In this document: positions 1 to 12,893 of the stretch, piece after piece | Position numbering within the stretch: position 1 is the stretch's first letter | Layout: the number at the start of each line of letters is the position of its first letter | DNA from: Eledone cirrhosa | Taxonomy: Eukaryota | Assembly (NCBI GenBank): GCA_964016885.1 | Contig: OZ024740.1 | Coordinates: 24,056,001 to 24,120,000, forward strand | Direction of reading: 5' to 3' | DNA length: 64,000 nucleotides | Program-made: the position numbers and the translations under genes | Notes under the pieces: generated by a model | Databases searched by the model: none | The model's input: only the letters and a program-made list of their open reading frames with translations | Told to the model about the DNA's origin: nothing

Positions 1-3000
1 GTTGTCACTGTTGATGTTCCTTTTATGGTTGTTGTTGTTGTTGTTGTGGCGGTGGTTGCCACTGTTGATGTTCCTTTTATGGTTGTTGTTGTTGTTGTTG
101 TGGCGGTGGTTGCCACTGTTGATGTTCCTTTTATGGTTGTTGTTGTTGTTGTTGTGGCGGTGGTTGTCACAGTTGATGTTCCTTTTATGGTTGTTGTTGT
201 TGTTGTTGTGCCGGTGGTTGTCACTGTTGATGTTCCGTTTATGGTTTTTGTTGTTGTTGTTGTTGTGGTTGCCACTGTTGATGTTCCTTTTATGGTTGTT
301 GTTGTTGTTGTTGTGGCGGTGGGTGTCTCTGTTTATGTTCCTTTTATTGTTGTTGTTGTTGTTGTTGTGGCGGTGGTTCCCACTGTTGATGTTCCGTTTA
401 TGGTTTTTGTTGTTGTTGTTGTGGCGGTGGTTGTCACTGTTGATGTTCCGTTTATGGTTTTTGTTGTTGTTGTTGTGGTGGTTGCCACTGTTGATGTTCC
501 TTTTATGGTTGTTGTTGTTGTTGTTGTTGTGGCGGTGGTTGCCACTGTTGATGTTCCTTTTATGGTTGTTGTTGTTGTTGTTGTGGTGGTTGCCACTGTT
601 GATGTTCCTTTTATGGTTGTTGTTGTTGTTGTTGTGGCGGTGGTTGCCACTGTTGATGTTCCTTTTATGGTTGTTGTTGTTGTTGTTGTGGCGGTGGTTG
701 CCACTGTTGATGTTCCGTTTATGGTTTTTGTTGTTGTTGTTGTGGTGGTTGCCACTGTTGATGTTCCTTTTATGGTTGTTGTTGTTGTTGTTGTGGCGGT
801 GGTTGTCACTGTTGATGTTCCGTTTATGGTTTTTGTTGTTGTTGTTGTGGTGGTTGCCACTGTTGATGTTCCTTTTATGGTTGTTGTTGTTGTTGTTGTT
901 GTGGCGGTGGTTGTCACTGTTGATGTTCCTTTTATGGTTGTTGTTGTTGTTGTTGTTGTGGCGGTGGTTGCCACTGTTGATGTTCCTTTTATGGTTGTTG
1001 TTGTTGTTGTTGTGGCGGTGGTTGCCACTGTTGATGTTCCTTTTATGGTTGTTGTTGTTGTTGTTGTTGTGGCGGTGGTTGTCACTGTTGATGTTCCTTT
1101 TATGGTTGTTGTTGTTGTTGTTGTGGCGGTGGTTGCCACTGTTGATGTTCCTTTTATGGTTGTTGTTGTTGTTGTTGTTGTGGCGGTGGTTGCCACTGTT
1201 GATGTTCCTTTTATGGTTGTTGTTGTTGTTGTTGTGGCGGTGGTTGTCACTGTTGATGTTCCTTTTATGGTTGTTGTTGTTGTTGTTGTGGCGGTGGTTG
1301 TCACTGTTGATGTTCCTTTTATGGTTGTTGTTGTTGTTGTTGTGGCGGTGGTTGTCACTGTTGATGTTCCTTTAATGGTTGTTGTTGTTGTTGTTGTGGC
1401 GGTGGTTGTCACTGTTGATGTTCCTTTTATGGTTGTTGTTGTTGTTGTTGTGGCGGTGGTTGAAACTGTTGATGTTCCTTTTATGGTTGTTGTTGTTGTT
1501 GTGGCGGTGTATGCCACTGTTGATGTTCCTTTCATGGTTTTTGTTGTTGTTGTTGTGGCGGTGGTTGCCACTGTTGATGTTCCTTTTATGGTTGTTGTTG
1601 TTGTTGTTGTTGTGGCGGTGGTTGCCACTGTTGATGTTCCTTTTATGGTTGTTGTTGTTGTTGTGGCGGTGGTTGTCACTGTTGATGTTCCTTTAATGGT
1701 TGTTGTTGTTGTTGTTGTGGCGGTGGTTGTCACTGTTGATGTTCCTTTAATGGTTGTTGTTGTTGTTGTTGTGGCGGTGGTTGTCACTGTTGATGTTCCT
1801 TTTATGGTTGTTGTTGTTGTTGTTGTGGCGGTGGTTGTCACTGTTGATGTTCCTTTTATGGTTTTTGTTGTTGTTGTTGTGGTGGTGGTTGCCACTGTTG
1901 ATGTTCCTTTTATGGTTGTTGTTGTTGTTGTTGTTGTGGCGGTGGTTGCCACTGTTGATGTTCCTTTTATGGTTGTTGTTGTTGTTGTTGTTGTGGCGGT
2001 GGTTGCCACTGTTGATGTTCCTTTTATGGTTGTTGTTGTTGTTGTTGTTGTGGCGGTGGTTGTCACTGTTGATGTTCCTTTTATGGTTGTTGTTGTTATT
2101 GTTGTTGTGGCGGTGGTTGCCACTGTTGATGTTCCTTTTATGGTTGTTATTGTTGTTGTTGTGGCGGTGGTTCCCACTATTGATGTAACTTTTATGGTTG
2201 TTGTTGTTGTTGTTGTTGTGGCGGTGGTTGCCACTGTTGATGTTCCTTTTATGGTTGCTGTTGTTGTTGTTGTGGCGGTGGTTGCCACTGTTGATGTTCC
2301 TTTTATGGTTGTTGTTGTTGTTGTTGTGGCGGTGGTTGCCACTGTTGATGTTCCTTTTATGGTTGTTATTGTTGTTGTGGTGGCGGTGGTTGCCACTGTT
2401 GATGTTCCTTTTATGGTTGTTGTTGTTGTTGTTGTTGTGGCGGTGGTTGCCACTGTTGATGTTCCTTTTATGGTTGCTGTTGTTGTTGTTGTGGCGGTGG
2501 TTGCCACTGTTGATGTTCCTTTTATGGTTGTTGTTGTTGTTGTTGTGGCGGTGGTTGCCACTGTTGATGTTCCTTTTATGGTTGTTGTTGTTGTTGTTGT
2601 GGCGGTGGTTGTCACTGTTGATGTTCCTTTTATGGTTGTTGTTGTTGTTGTTGTTGAGGCGGTGCTTGCCACTATTGATGTTCCTTTTATGGTTGTTGTT
2701 GTTGTTGTTGTTGTGGCGGTGGTTGCCACTGTTGATGTTCCTTTTATGGCTGTTGTTGTTGTTGTGGCGGTGGTTGTCACTATTGATGTTCCTTTTATGG
2801 TTGTTGTTGTTGTTGTTGTTGAGGCGGTGCTTGCCACTATTGATGTTCCTTTTATGGTTGTTGTTGTTGTTGTTGTGGCGGTGGTTGCCACTGTTGATGT
2901 TCCTTTTATGGTTGTTGTTGTTGTTGTTGTTGTGGCGGTGGTTGCCACTGTTGATGTTCCTTTTATGGTTGTTGTTGTTGTTGTTGTGGCGGTGGTTGCC

Positions 3001-3399
3001 ACTGTTGATGTTCCTTTTATGGTTGTTGTTGTTGTTGTTGTGGCGGTGGTTGCCACTATTGATGTTCTTTTTATGGTTGTTGTTGTTGTTGTTGTGGCGG
3101 TGGTTGCCACTGTTGATGTTCCTTTTATGGTTGTTGTTGTTGTTGTTGTTGTGGCGGTGGTTGTCACTGTTGATGTTCCTTTTATGGTTGTTGTTGTTGT
3201 TGTTGTGGCGGTGGTTGTCACTGTTGATGTTCCTTTTATGGTTGTTGTTGTTGTTGTTGTGGCGGTGGTTGCCACTGTTGATGTTCCTTTTATGGTTGTT
3301 GTTGTTGTTGTTGTGGCGGTGGTTGCCACTGTTGATGTTCCTTTTATGGTTGTTGTTGTTGTTGTGGCGGTGGATGCCACTGTTGATGTTCCTTTCATG

Positions 3400-6300
3400 G
3401 TTTTTGTTGTTGTTGTTGTGGCGGTGGTTGCCACTGTTGATGTTCCTTTTATGGTTGTTGTTGTTGTTGTTGTTGTGGCGGTGGTTGCCACTGTTGATGT
3501 TCCTTTTATGGTTGTTGTTGTTGTTGTTGTTGTTGTGGCGGTGGTTGCCACTGTTGATGTTCCTTTTATGGTTGTTGTTGTTGTTGTGGCTGTGGTTGTC
3601 ACTGTTGATGTTCCTTTTATGGTTGTTGTTGTTGTTGTTGTGGCGGTGGTTGTCACTGTTGATGTTCCTTTAATGGTTGTTGTTGTTGTTGTTGTGGCGG
3701 TGGTTGTCACTGTTGATGTTCCTTTTATGGTTGTTGTTGTTGTTGTTGTGGCGGTGGTTGCCACTGTTGATGTTCCTTTTATGGTTGTTGTTGTTGTTGT
3801 TGTGGCGGTGGTTGCCACTGTTGATGTTCCTTTTATGGTTGTTATTGTTGTTGTGGTGGCGGTGGTTGCCACTGTTGATGTTCCTTTTATGGTTGTTGTT
3901 GTTGTTGTTGTTGTGGCGGTGGTTGCCACTGTTGATGTTCCTTTAATGGTTGTTGTTGTTGTTGTTGTGGCGGTGGTTGTCACTGTTGATGTTCCTTTTA
4001 TGGTTGTTGTTGTTGTTGTTGTGGCGGTGGTTGCCACTGTTGATGTTCCTTTTATGGTTGTTGTTGTTGTTGTTGTGGCGGTGGTTGCCACTGTTGATGT
4101 TCCTTTTATGGTTGTTGTTGTTGTTGTTGTTGTTGTGGCGGTGGTTGCCACTGTTGATGTTCCTTTTATGGTTGTTGTTGTTGTTGTTGTTGTTGTGGCG
4201 GTGGTTGCCACTGTTGATGTTCCTTTTATGGTTGTTGTTGTTGTTGTTGTTGTGGCGGTGGTTGTCACTGTTGATGTTCCTTTTATGGTTGTTGTTGTTG
4301 TTGTTGTTGTGGCGGTGGTTGCCACTGTTGATGTTCCTTTTATGGTTGTTATTGTTGTTGTTGTGGGGATGGTTCCCACTATTGATGTTCCTTTTATGGT
4401 TGCTGTTGTTGTTGTTGTGGAGGTGGTTGCCACTGTTGATGTTCCTTTTATGGTTGTTGTTGTTGTTGTTGTGGCGGTGGTTGCCACTGTTGATGTTCCT
4501 TTTATGGTTGTTGTTGTTGTTGTTGTTGTGGCGGTGGTTGTCACTGTTGATGTTCCTTTTATGGTTGTTGTTGTTGTTGTTGTTGTGGCGGTGGTTGCCA
4601 CTGTTGATGTTCCTTTTATGGTTGTTATTGTTGTTGTTGTGGCGGTGTTTCCCACTATTGATGTTCCTTTTATGGTTGCTGTTGTTGTTGTTGTGGCGGT
4701 GGTTGCCACTGTTGATGTTCCTTTTATGGTTGTTGTTGTTGTTGTTGTGGCGGTGGTTGCCACTGTTGATGTTCCTTTTATGGTTGTTGTTGTTGTTGTT
4801 GTTGTGGCGGTGGTTGTCACTGTTGATGTTCCTTTTATGGTTGTTGTTGTTGTTGTTGTTGAGGCGGTGCTTGCCACTATTGATGTTCCTTTTATGGTTG
4901 TTGTTGTTGTTGTTGTTGTGGCGGTGGTTGCCACTGTTGATGTTCCTTTTATGGCTGTTGTTGTTGTTGTTGTGGCGGTGGTTGTCACTATTGATGTTCC
5001 TTTTATGGTTGTTGTTGTTGTTGTTGTTGAGGCGGTGCTTGCCACTATTGATGTTCCTTTTATGGTTGTTGTTTTTGTTGTTGTGGCGGTGGTTGCCACT
5101 GTTGATGTTCCTTTTATGGTTGTTGTTGTTGTTGTTGTTGTGGCGGTGGTTGCCACTGTTGCTGTTTCTTTTATGGTTGGTGTTGTTGTTGTTGTGGCGG
5201 TGGTTGCCACTGTTGATGTTCCTTTTATGGTTGTTGTTGTTGTTGTTGTGGCGGTGGTTGCCACTGTTGATGTTCCTTTTATGGTTGTTGTTGTTGTTGT
5301 GGCGGTGGTTGCCACTGTTGATGTTCCTTTTATGGTTGTTGTTGTTGTTGTTGTGGCGGTGGTTGCCACTGTTGATGTTCCTTTTATGGTTGTTGTTGTT
5401 GTTGTTGTGGCGGTGGTTGCCACTGTTGATGTTCCTTTTATGGTTGTTGTTGTTGTTGTTGTGGCGGTGGTTGCCACTGTTGATGTTCCTTTTATGGTTG
5501 TTGTTGTTGTTGTTGTGGCGGTGGTTGTCACTGTTGATGTTCCTTTTATGGTTGTTGTTGTTGTTGTTGTTGTGGTGTTTGCCACTGTTGATGTTCCTTT
5601 TATGGTTGTTGTTGTTGTTGTTGTGGCGGTGGTTGTCACTGTTCATGTTCCTTTTATGGTTGTTGTTGTTGTTGTTGTGGCGGTGGTTGTCACTGTTGAT
5701 GTTCCTTTTATGGTTGTTGTTGTTGATGTTGTGGCGGTGGGCGTCTCTGTTGATGTTCCTTTTATGGTTGTTGTTGTTGTTGTTGTTGTGGTGTTTGCCA
5801 CTGTTGATGTTCCTTTTATGGTTGTTGTTGTTGTTGTTGTGGCGGTGGTTGTCACTGTTGATGTTCCTTTTATGGTTGTTGTTGTTGTTGTTGTGGCGGT
5901 GGTTGTCACTGTTCATGTTACTTTTATGGTTGTTGTTGTTGTTGTTGTGGCGGTGGTTGTCACTGTTGATGTTCCTTTTATGGTTGTTGTTGTTGTTGTT
6001 GTGGCGGTGGTTGTCACTGTTCATGTTCCTTTTATGGTTGTTGTTGTTGTTGTTGTTGTGGTGGTTGCCACTGTTGATGTTCCTTTTATGGTTGTTGTTG
6101 TTGTTGTGGCGGTGGTTGTCACTGTTGATGTTCCTTTTATGGTTGTTGTTGTTGTTGTTGTGGCGGTGGTTGTCACTGTTGATGTTCCTTTTATGGTTGT
6201 TGTTGTTGTTGTTGTTGTGGTGGTTGTCACTGTTGATGTTCCTTTTATGGTTGTTGTTGTTGTTGTTGTGGCGGTGGTTGTCACTGTTGATGTTCCTTTT

Positions 6301-8279
6301 ATGGTTGTTGTTGTTGTTGTTGTTGTGTCGGTGGTTGTCACTGTTGATGTTCCTTTTATGGTTGTTGTTGTTGTTGTTGTTGTGGGGGTGGTTGGCACTG
6401 TTGATGTTCCTTTTATGGTTGTTGTTGTTGTTGTTGTGGTGGTTGCCACTGTTGATGTTCCTTTTATGGTTGTTGTTGTTGTTGTTGTGACGGTGGTTGT
6501 CACTGTTGATGTTCCTTTAATGGTTGTTGTTGTTGTTGTTGTGGCGGTGGTTGTCACTGTTGATGTTCCTTTTATGGTTGTTTTTGTTGTTGTGGTGGTG
6601 GTTGTCACTGTTGATGTTCCTTTTATGGTTGTTGTTGTTGTTGTTGTGGTGGTTGCCACTGTTGATGTTCCTTTTATGGTTGTTGTTGTTGTTGTTGTGG
6701 CGGTGGTTGTCACTGTTGATGTTCCTTTAATGGTTGTTGTTGTTGTTGTTGTGGCGGTGGTTGTCACTGTTGATGTTCCTTTAATGGTTGTTGTTGTTGT
6801 TGTTGTGGCGGTGGTTGTCACTGTTGATGTTCCTTTTATGGTTGTTGTTGTTGTTGTTGTGGCGGTGGTTGTCACTGTTGATGTTCCTTTTATGGTTTTT
6901 GTTGTTGTTGTTGTGGTGGTGGTTGCCACTGTTGATGTTCCTTTTATGGTTGTTGTTGTTGTTGTTGTGGCGGTGGTTGCCACTGTTGATGTTCCTTTTA
7001 TGGTTGTTGTTGTTGTTGTTGTGGCGGTGGTTGCCACTGTTGATGTTCCTTTTATAGTTGTTGTTGTTGTTGTTGTTGTGGCGGTGGTTGTCACTGTTGA
7101 TGTTCCTTTTATGGTTGTTGTTGTTGTTGTTGTTGTGGCGGTGGTTGCCACTGTTGATGTTCCTTTTATGGTTGTTATTGTTGTTGTTGTGGCGGTGGTT
7201 CCCACTATTGATGTTCCTTTTATGGTTGCTGTTGTTGTTGTTGTGGAGGTGGTTGCCACTGTTGATGTTCCTTTTATGGTTGTTGTTGTTGTTGTTGTGG
7301 CGGTGGTTGCCACTGTTGATGTTCCTTTTATGGTTGTTGTTGTTGTTGTTGTTGTGGCGGTGGTTGTCACTGTTGATGTTCCTTTTATGGTTGTTGTTGT
7401 TGTTGTTGTTGAGGCGGTGCTTGCCACTATTGATGTTCCTTTTATGGTTGTTGTTGTTGTTGTTGTTGTGGCGGTGGTTGCCACTGTTGATGTTCCTTTT
7501 ATGGCTGTTGTTGTTGTTGTTGTGGCGGTGGTTGTCACTATTGATGTTCCTTTTATGGTTGTTGTTGTTGTTGTTGTTGAGGCGTTGCTTGCCACTATTG
7601 ATGTTCCTTTTATGGTTGTTGTTGTTGTTGTTGTGGCGGTGGTTGCCACTGTTGCTGTTTCTTTTATGGTTGGTGTTGCTGTTGTTGTGGCGGTGGTTGC
7701 CACTGTTGATGTTCCTTTTATGGTTGTTGTTGTTGTTGTTGTGGCGGTGGTTGCCACTGTTGATGTTCCTTTTATGGTTGTTGTTGTTGTTGTGGCGGTG
7801 GTTGCCACTGTTGATGTTCCTTTTATGGTTGTTGTTGTTGTTGTTGTGGCGGTGGTTGCCACTGTTGATGTTCCTTTTATGGTTGTTGTTGTTGTTGTTG
7901 TGGCGGTGGTTGCCACTGTTGATGTTCCTTTTATGGTTGTTGTTGTTGTTGTTGTGGCGGTGGTTGCCACTGTTGATGTTCCTTTTATGGTTGTTGTTGT
8001 TGTTGTTGTGGCGGTGGTTGCCACTGTAGATGTTCCTTTTATGGTTGTTGTTGTTGATGTTGTGGCGGTGGGCGTCTCTGTTGATGTTCCTTTTATGGTT
8101 GTTGTTGTTGTTGTTGTTGTGGTGTTTGCCACTGTTGATGTTCCTTTTATGGTTGTTGTTGTTGTTGTTGTGGCGGTGGTTGTCACTGTTGATGTTCCTT
8201 TTATGGTTGTTGTTGTTGTTGTTGTGGCGGTGGTTGTCACTGTTGATGTTCCTTTTATGGTTGTTGTTGTTGTTGTTGT
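3400..8279. repeat. More diverged left-flanking HOR1 copies (~2.4-2.5 kb each; left boundary approximate)
   Basis: HOR1 markers gctgtttctttt at 5161 and 7654, and gttcatgttact at 5911 without the preceding frameshift. Confidence 0.7.
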
Positions 8280-10833
8280 ATGCGGTGGTTGTCACTGTTC
8301 ATGTTACTTTTATGGTTGTTGTTGTTGTTGTTGTGGCGGTGGTTGTCACTGTTGATGTTCCTTTTATGGTTGTTGTTGTTGTTGTTGTGGCGGTGGTTGT
8401 CACTGTTCATGTTCCTTTTATGGTTGTTGTTGTTGTTGTTGTTGTGGTGGTTGCCACCGTTGATGTTCCTTTTATGGTTGTTGTTGTTGTTGTTGTGGCG
8501 GTGGTTGTCACTGTTGATGTTCCTTTTATGATTGTTGTTGTTGTTGTTGTGGCGGTGGTTGTCACTGTTGATGTTCCTTTTATGGTTGTTGTTGTTGTTG
8601 TTGTTGTGGTGGTTGTCACTGTTGATGTTCCTTTTATGGTTGTTGTTGTTGTTGTTGTGGCGGTGGTTGTCACTGTTGATGTTCCTGTTATGGTTGTTGT
8701 TGTTGTTGTTGTGGCGGTGGTTGTCACTGTTGATGTTCCTTTTATGGTTGTTGTTGTTGTTGTTGTTGTGGTGGTTGTCACTGTTGATGTTCCTTTTATG
8801 GTTGTTGTTGTTGTTGTTGTGGCGGTGGTTGTCACTGTTGATGTTCCTTTTATGGTTGTTGTTGTTGTTGTTGTTGTGTCGGTGGTTGTCACTGTTGATG
8901 TTCCTTTTATGGTTGTTGTTGTTGTTGTTGTTGTGGGGGTGGTTGGCACTGTTGATGTTCCTTTTATGGTTGTTGTTGTTGTTGTTGTGGTGGTTGCCAC
9001 TGTTGATGTTCCTTTTATGGTTGTTGTTGTTGTTGTTGTGGCGGTGGTTGTCACTGTTGATGTTCCTTTAATGGTTGTTGTTGTTGTTGTTGTGGCGGTG
9101 GTTGTCACTGTTGATGTTCCTTTTATGGTTGTTGTTGTTGTTGTGGTGGTGGTTGTCACTGTTGATGTTCCTTTTATGGTTGTTGTTGTTGTTGTTGTGG
9201 TGGTTGCCACTGTTGATGTTCCTTTTATGGTTGTTGTTGTTGTTGTTGTGGCGGTGGTTGTCACTGTTGATGTTCCTTTAATGGTTGTTGTTGTTGTTGT
9301 TGTGGCGGTGGTTGTCACTGTTGATGTTCCTTTAATGGTTGTTGTTGTTGTTGTTGTGGCGGTGGTTGTCACTGTTGATGTTCCTTTTATGGTTGTTGTT
9401 GTTGTTGTTGTGGCGGTGGTTGTCACTGTTGATGTTCCTTTTATGGTTTTTGTTGTTGTTGTTGTGGTGGTGGTTGCCACTGTTGATGTTCCTTTTATGG
9501 TTGTTGTTGTTGTTGTTGTGGCGGTGGTTGCCACTGTTGATGTTCCTTTTATGGTTGTTGTTGTTGTTGTTGTGGCGGTGGTTGCCACTGTTGATGTTCC
9601 TTTTATGGTTGTTGTTGTTGTTGTTGTTGTGGCGGTGGTTGTCACTGTTGATGTTCCTTTTATGGTTGTTGTTGTTGTTGTTGTTGTGGCGGTGGTTGCC
9701 ACTGTTGATGTTCCTTTTATGGTTGTTATTGTTGTTGTTGTGGCGGTGGTTCCCACTATTGATGTTCCTTTTATGGTTGCTGTTGTTGTTGTTGTGGAGG
9801 TGGTTGCCACTGTTGATGTTCCTTTTATGGTTGTTGTTGTTGTTGTTGTGGCGGTGGTTGCCACTGTTGATGTTCCTTTTATGGTTGTTGTTGTTGTTGT
9901 TGTTGTGGCGGTGGTTGTCACTGTTGATGTTCCTTTTATGGTTGTTGTTGTTGTTGTTGTTGAGGCGGTGCTTGCCACTATTGATGTTCCTTTTATGGTT
10001 GTTGTTGTTGTTGTTGTTGTGGCGGTGGTTGCCACTGTTGATGTTCCTTTTATGGCTGTTGTTGTTGTTGTTGTGGCGGTGGTTGTCACTATTGATGTTC
10101 CTTTTATGGTTGTTGTTGTTGTTGTTGTTGAGGCGTTGCTTGCCACTATTGATGTTCCTTTTATGGTTGTTGTTGTTGTTGTTGTGGCGGTGGTTGCCAC
10201 TGTTGCTGTTTCTTTTATGGTTGGTGTTGTTGTTGTTGTGGCGGTGGTTGCCACTGTTGATGTTCCTTTTATGGTTGTTGTTGTTGTTGTTGTGGCGGTG
10301 GTTGCCACTGTTGATGTTCCTTTTATGGTTGTTGTTGTTGTTGTGGCGGTGGTTGCCACTGTTGATGTTCCTTTTATGGTTGTTGTTGTTGTTGTTGTGG
10401 CGGTGGTTGCCACTGTTGATGTTCCTTTTATGGTTGTTGTTGTTGTTGTTGTGGCGGTGGTTGCCACTGTTGATGTTCCTTTTATGGTTGTTGTTGTTGT
10501 TGTTGTGGCGGTGGTTGCCACTGTTGATGTTCCTTTTATGGTTGTTGTTGTTGTTGTTGTTGTGGCGGTGGTTGCCACTGTAGATGTTCCTTTTATGGTT
10601 GTTGTTGTTGATGTTGTGGCGGTGGGCGTCTCTGTTGATGTTCCTTTTATGGTTGTTGTTGTTGTTGTTGTTGTGGTGTTTGCCACTGTTGATGTTCCTT
10701 TTATGGTTGTTGTTGTTGTTGTTGTGGCGGTGGTTGTCACTGTTGATGTTCCTTTTATGGTTGTTGTTGTTGTTGTTGTGGCGGTGGTTGTCACTGTTGA
10801 TGTTCCTTTTATGGTTGTTGTTGTTGTTGTTGT
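8280..10833. repeat. Higher-order repeat family 1 (HOR1), full 2554-bp copy
   Basis: Bounded by the 'gtatgcg' marker at 8280 and 10834. It has the same ordered private variants as 12894-15447 (atgatt, cctgtt, gtgtcg, ggggtggttggc, gaggcgttgctt, gctgtttctttt, gtagat, gggcgtctct). Confidence 0.93.
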
Positions 10834-12893
10834 ATGCGGTGGTTGTCACTGTTCATGTTACTTTTATGGTTGTTGTTGTTGTTGTTGTGGCGGTGGTTGT
10901 CACTGTTGATGTTCCTTTTATGGTTGTTGTTGTTGTTGTTGTGGCGGTGGTTGTCACTGTTCATGTTCCTTTTATGGTTGTTGTTGTTGTTGTTGTTGTG
11001 GTGGTTGCCACCGTTGATGTTCCTTTTATGGTTGTTGTTGTTGTTGTTGTGGCGGTGGTTGTCACTGTTGATGTTCCTTTTATGATTGTTGTTGTTGTTG
11101 TTGTGGCGGTGGTTGTCACTGTTGATGTTCCTTTTATGGTTGTTGTTGTTGTTGTTGTTGTGGTGGTTGTCACTGTTGATGTTCCTTTTATGGTTGTTGT
11201 TGTTGTTGTTGTGGCGGTGGTTGTCACTGTTGATGTTCCTTTTATGGTTGTTGTTGTTGTTGTTGTTGAGGCGTTGCTTGCCACTATTGATGTTCCTTTT
11301 ATGGTTGTTGTTGTTGTTGTTGTGGCGGTGGTTGCCACTGTTGCTGTTTCTTTTATGGTTGGTGTTGTTGTTGTTGTGGCGGTGGTTGCCACTGTTGATG
11401 TTCCTTTTATGGTTGTTGTTGTTGTTGTTGTGGCGGTGGTTGTCACTGTTCATGTTCCTTTTATGGTTGTTGTTGTTGTTGTTGTTGTGGTGGTTGCCAC
11501 CGTTGATGTTCCTTTTATGGTTGTTGTTGTTGATGTTGTGGCGGTGGGCGTCTCTGTTGATGTTCCTTTTATGGTTGTTGTTGTTGTTGTTGTTGTGGTG
11601 TTTGCCACTGTTGATGTTCCTTTTATGGTTGTTGTTGTTGTTGTTGTGGCGGTGGTTGTCACTGTTGATGTTCCTTTTATGGTTGTTGTTGTTGTTGTTG
11701 TGGCGGTGGTTGTCACTGTTGATGTTCCTTTTATGGTTGTTGTTGTTGTTGTTGTATGCGGTGGTTGTCACTGTTCATGTTACTTTTATGGTTGTTGTTG
11801 TTGTTGTTGTGGCGGTGGTTGTCACTGTTGATGTTCCTTTTATGGTTGTTGTTGTTGTTGTTGTGGCGGTGGTTGTCACTGTTCATGTTCCTTTTATGGT
11901 TGTTGTTGTTGTTGTTGTTGTGGTGGTTGCCACCGTTGATGTTCCTTTTATGGTTGTTGTTGTTGTTGTTGTGGCGGTGGTTGTCACTGTTGATGTTCCT
12001 TTTATGATTGTTGTTGTTGTTGTTGTGGCGGTGGTTGTCACTGTTGATGTTCCTTTTATGGTTGTTGTTGTTGTTGTTGTTGTGGTGGTTGTCACTGTTG
12101 ATGTTCCTTTTATGGTTGTTGTTGTTGTTGTTGTGGCGGTGGTTGTCACTGTTGATGTTCCTTTTATGGTTGTTGTTGTTGTTGTTGTTGAGGCGTTGCT
12201 TGCCACTATTGATGTTCCTTTTATGGTTGTTGTTGTTGTTGTTGTGGCGGTGGTTGCCACTGTTGCTGTTTCTTTTATGGTTGGTGTTGTTGTTGTTGTG
12301 GCGGTGGTTGCCACTGTTGATGTTCCTTTTATGGTTGTTGTTGTTGTTGTTGTGGCGGTGGTTGCCACTGTTGATGTTCCTTTTATGGTTGTTGTTGTTG
12401 TTGTGGCGGTGGTTGCCACTGTTGATGTTCCTTTTATGGTTGTTGTTGTTGTTGTTGTGGCGGTGGTTGCCACTGTTGATGTTCCTTTTATGGTTGTTGT
12501 TGTTGTTGTTGTGGCGGTGGTTGCCACTGTTGATGTTCCTTTTATGGTTGTTGTTGTTGTTGTTGTGGCGGTGGTTGCCACTGTTGATGTTCCTTTTATG
12601 GTTGTTGTTGTTGTTGTTGTTGTGGCGGTGGTTGCCACTGTAGATGTTCCTTTTATGGTTGTTGTTGTTGATGTTGTGGCGGTGGGCGTCTCTGTTGATG
12701 TTCCTTTTATGGTTGTTGTTGTTGTTGTTGTTGTGGTGTTTGCCACTGTTGATGTTCCTTTTATGGTTGTTGTTGTTGTTGTTGTGGCGGTGGTTGTCAC
12801 TGTTGATGTTCCTTTTATGGTTGTTGTTGTTGTTGTTGTGGCGGTGGTTGTCACTGTTGATGTTCCTTTTATGGTTGTTGTTGTTGTTGTTGT
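10834..12893. repeat. Two internally deleted HOR1 copies (922 bp and 1138 bp)
   Basis: 'gtatgcg' markers at 10834, 11756 and 12894. Both copies jump from the HOR1 head directly to the 'gaggcgttgctt' monomer (11268 and 12190). Confidence 0.88.
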
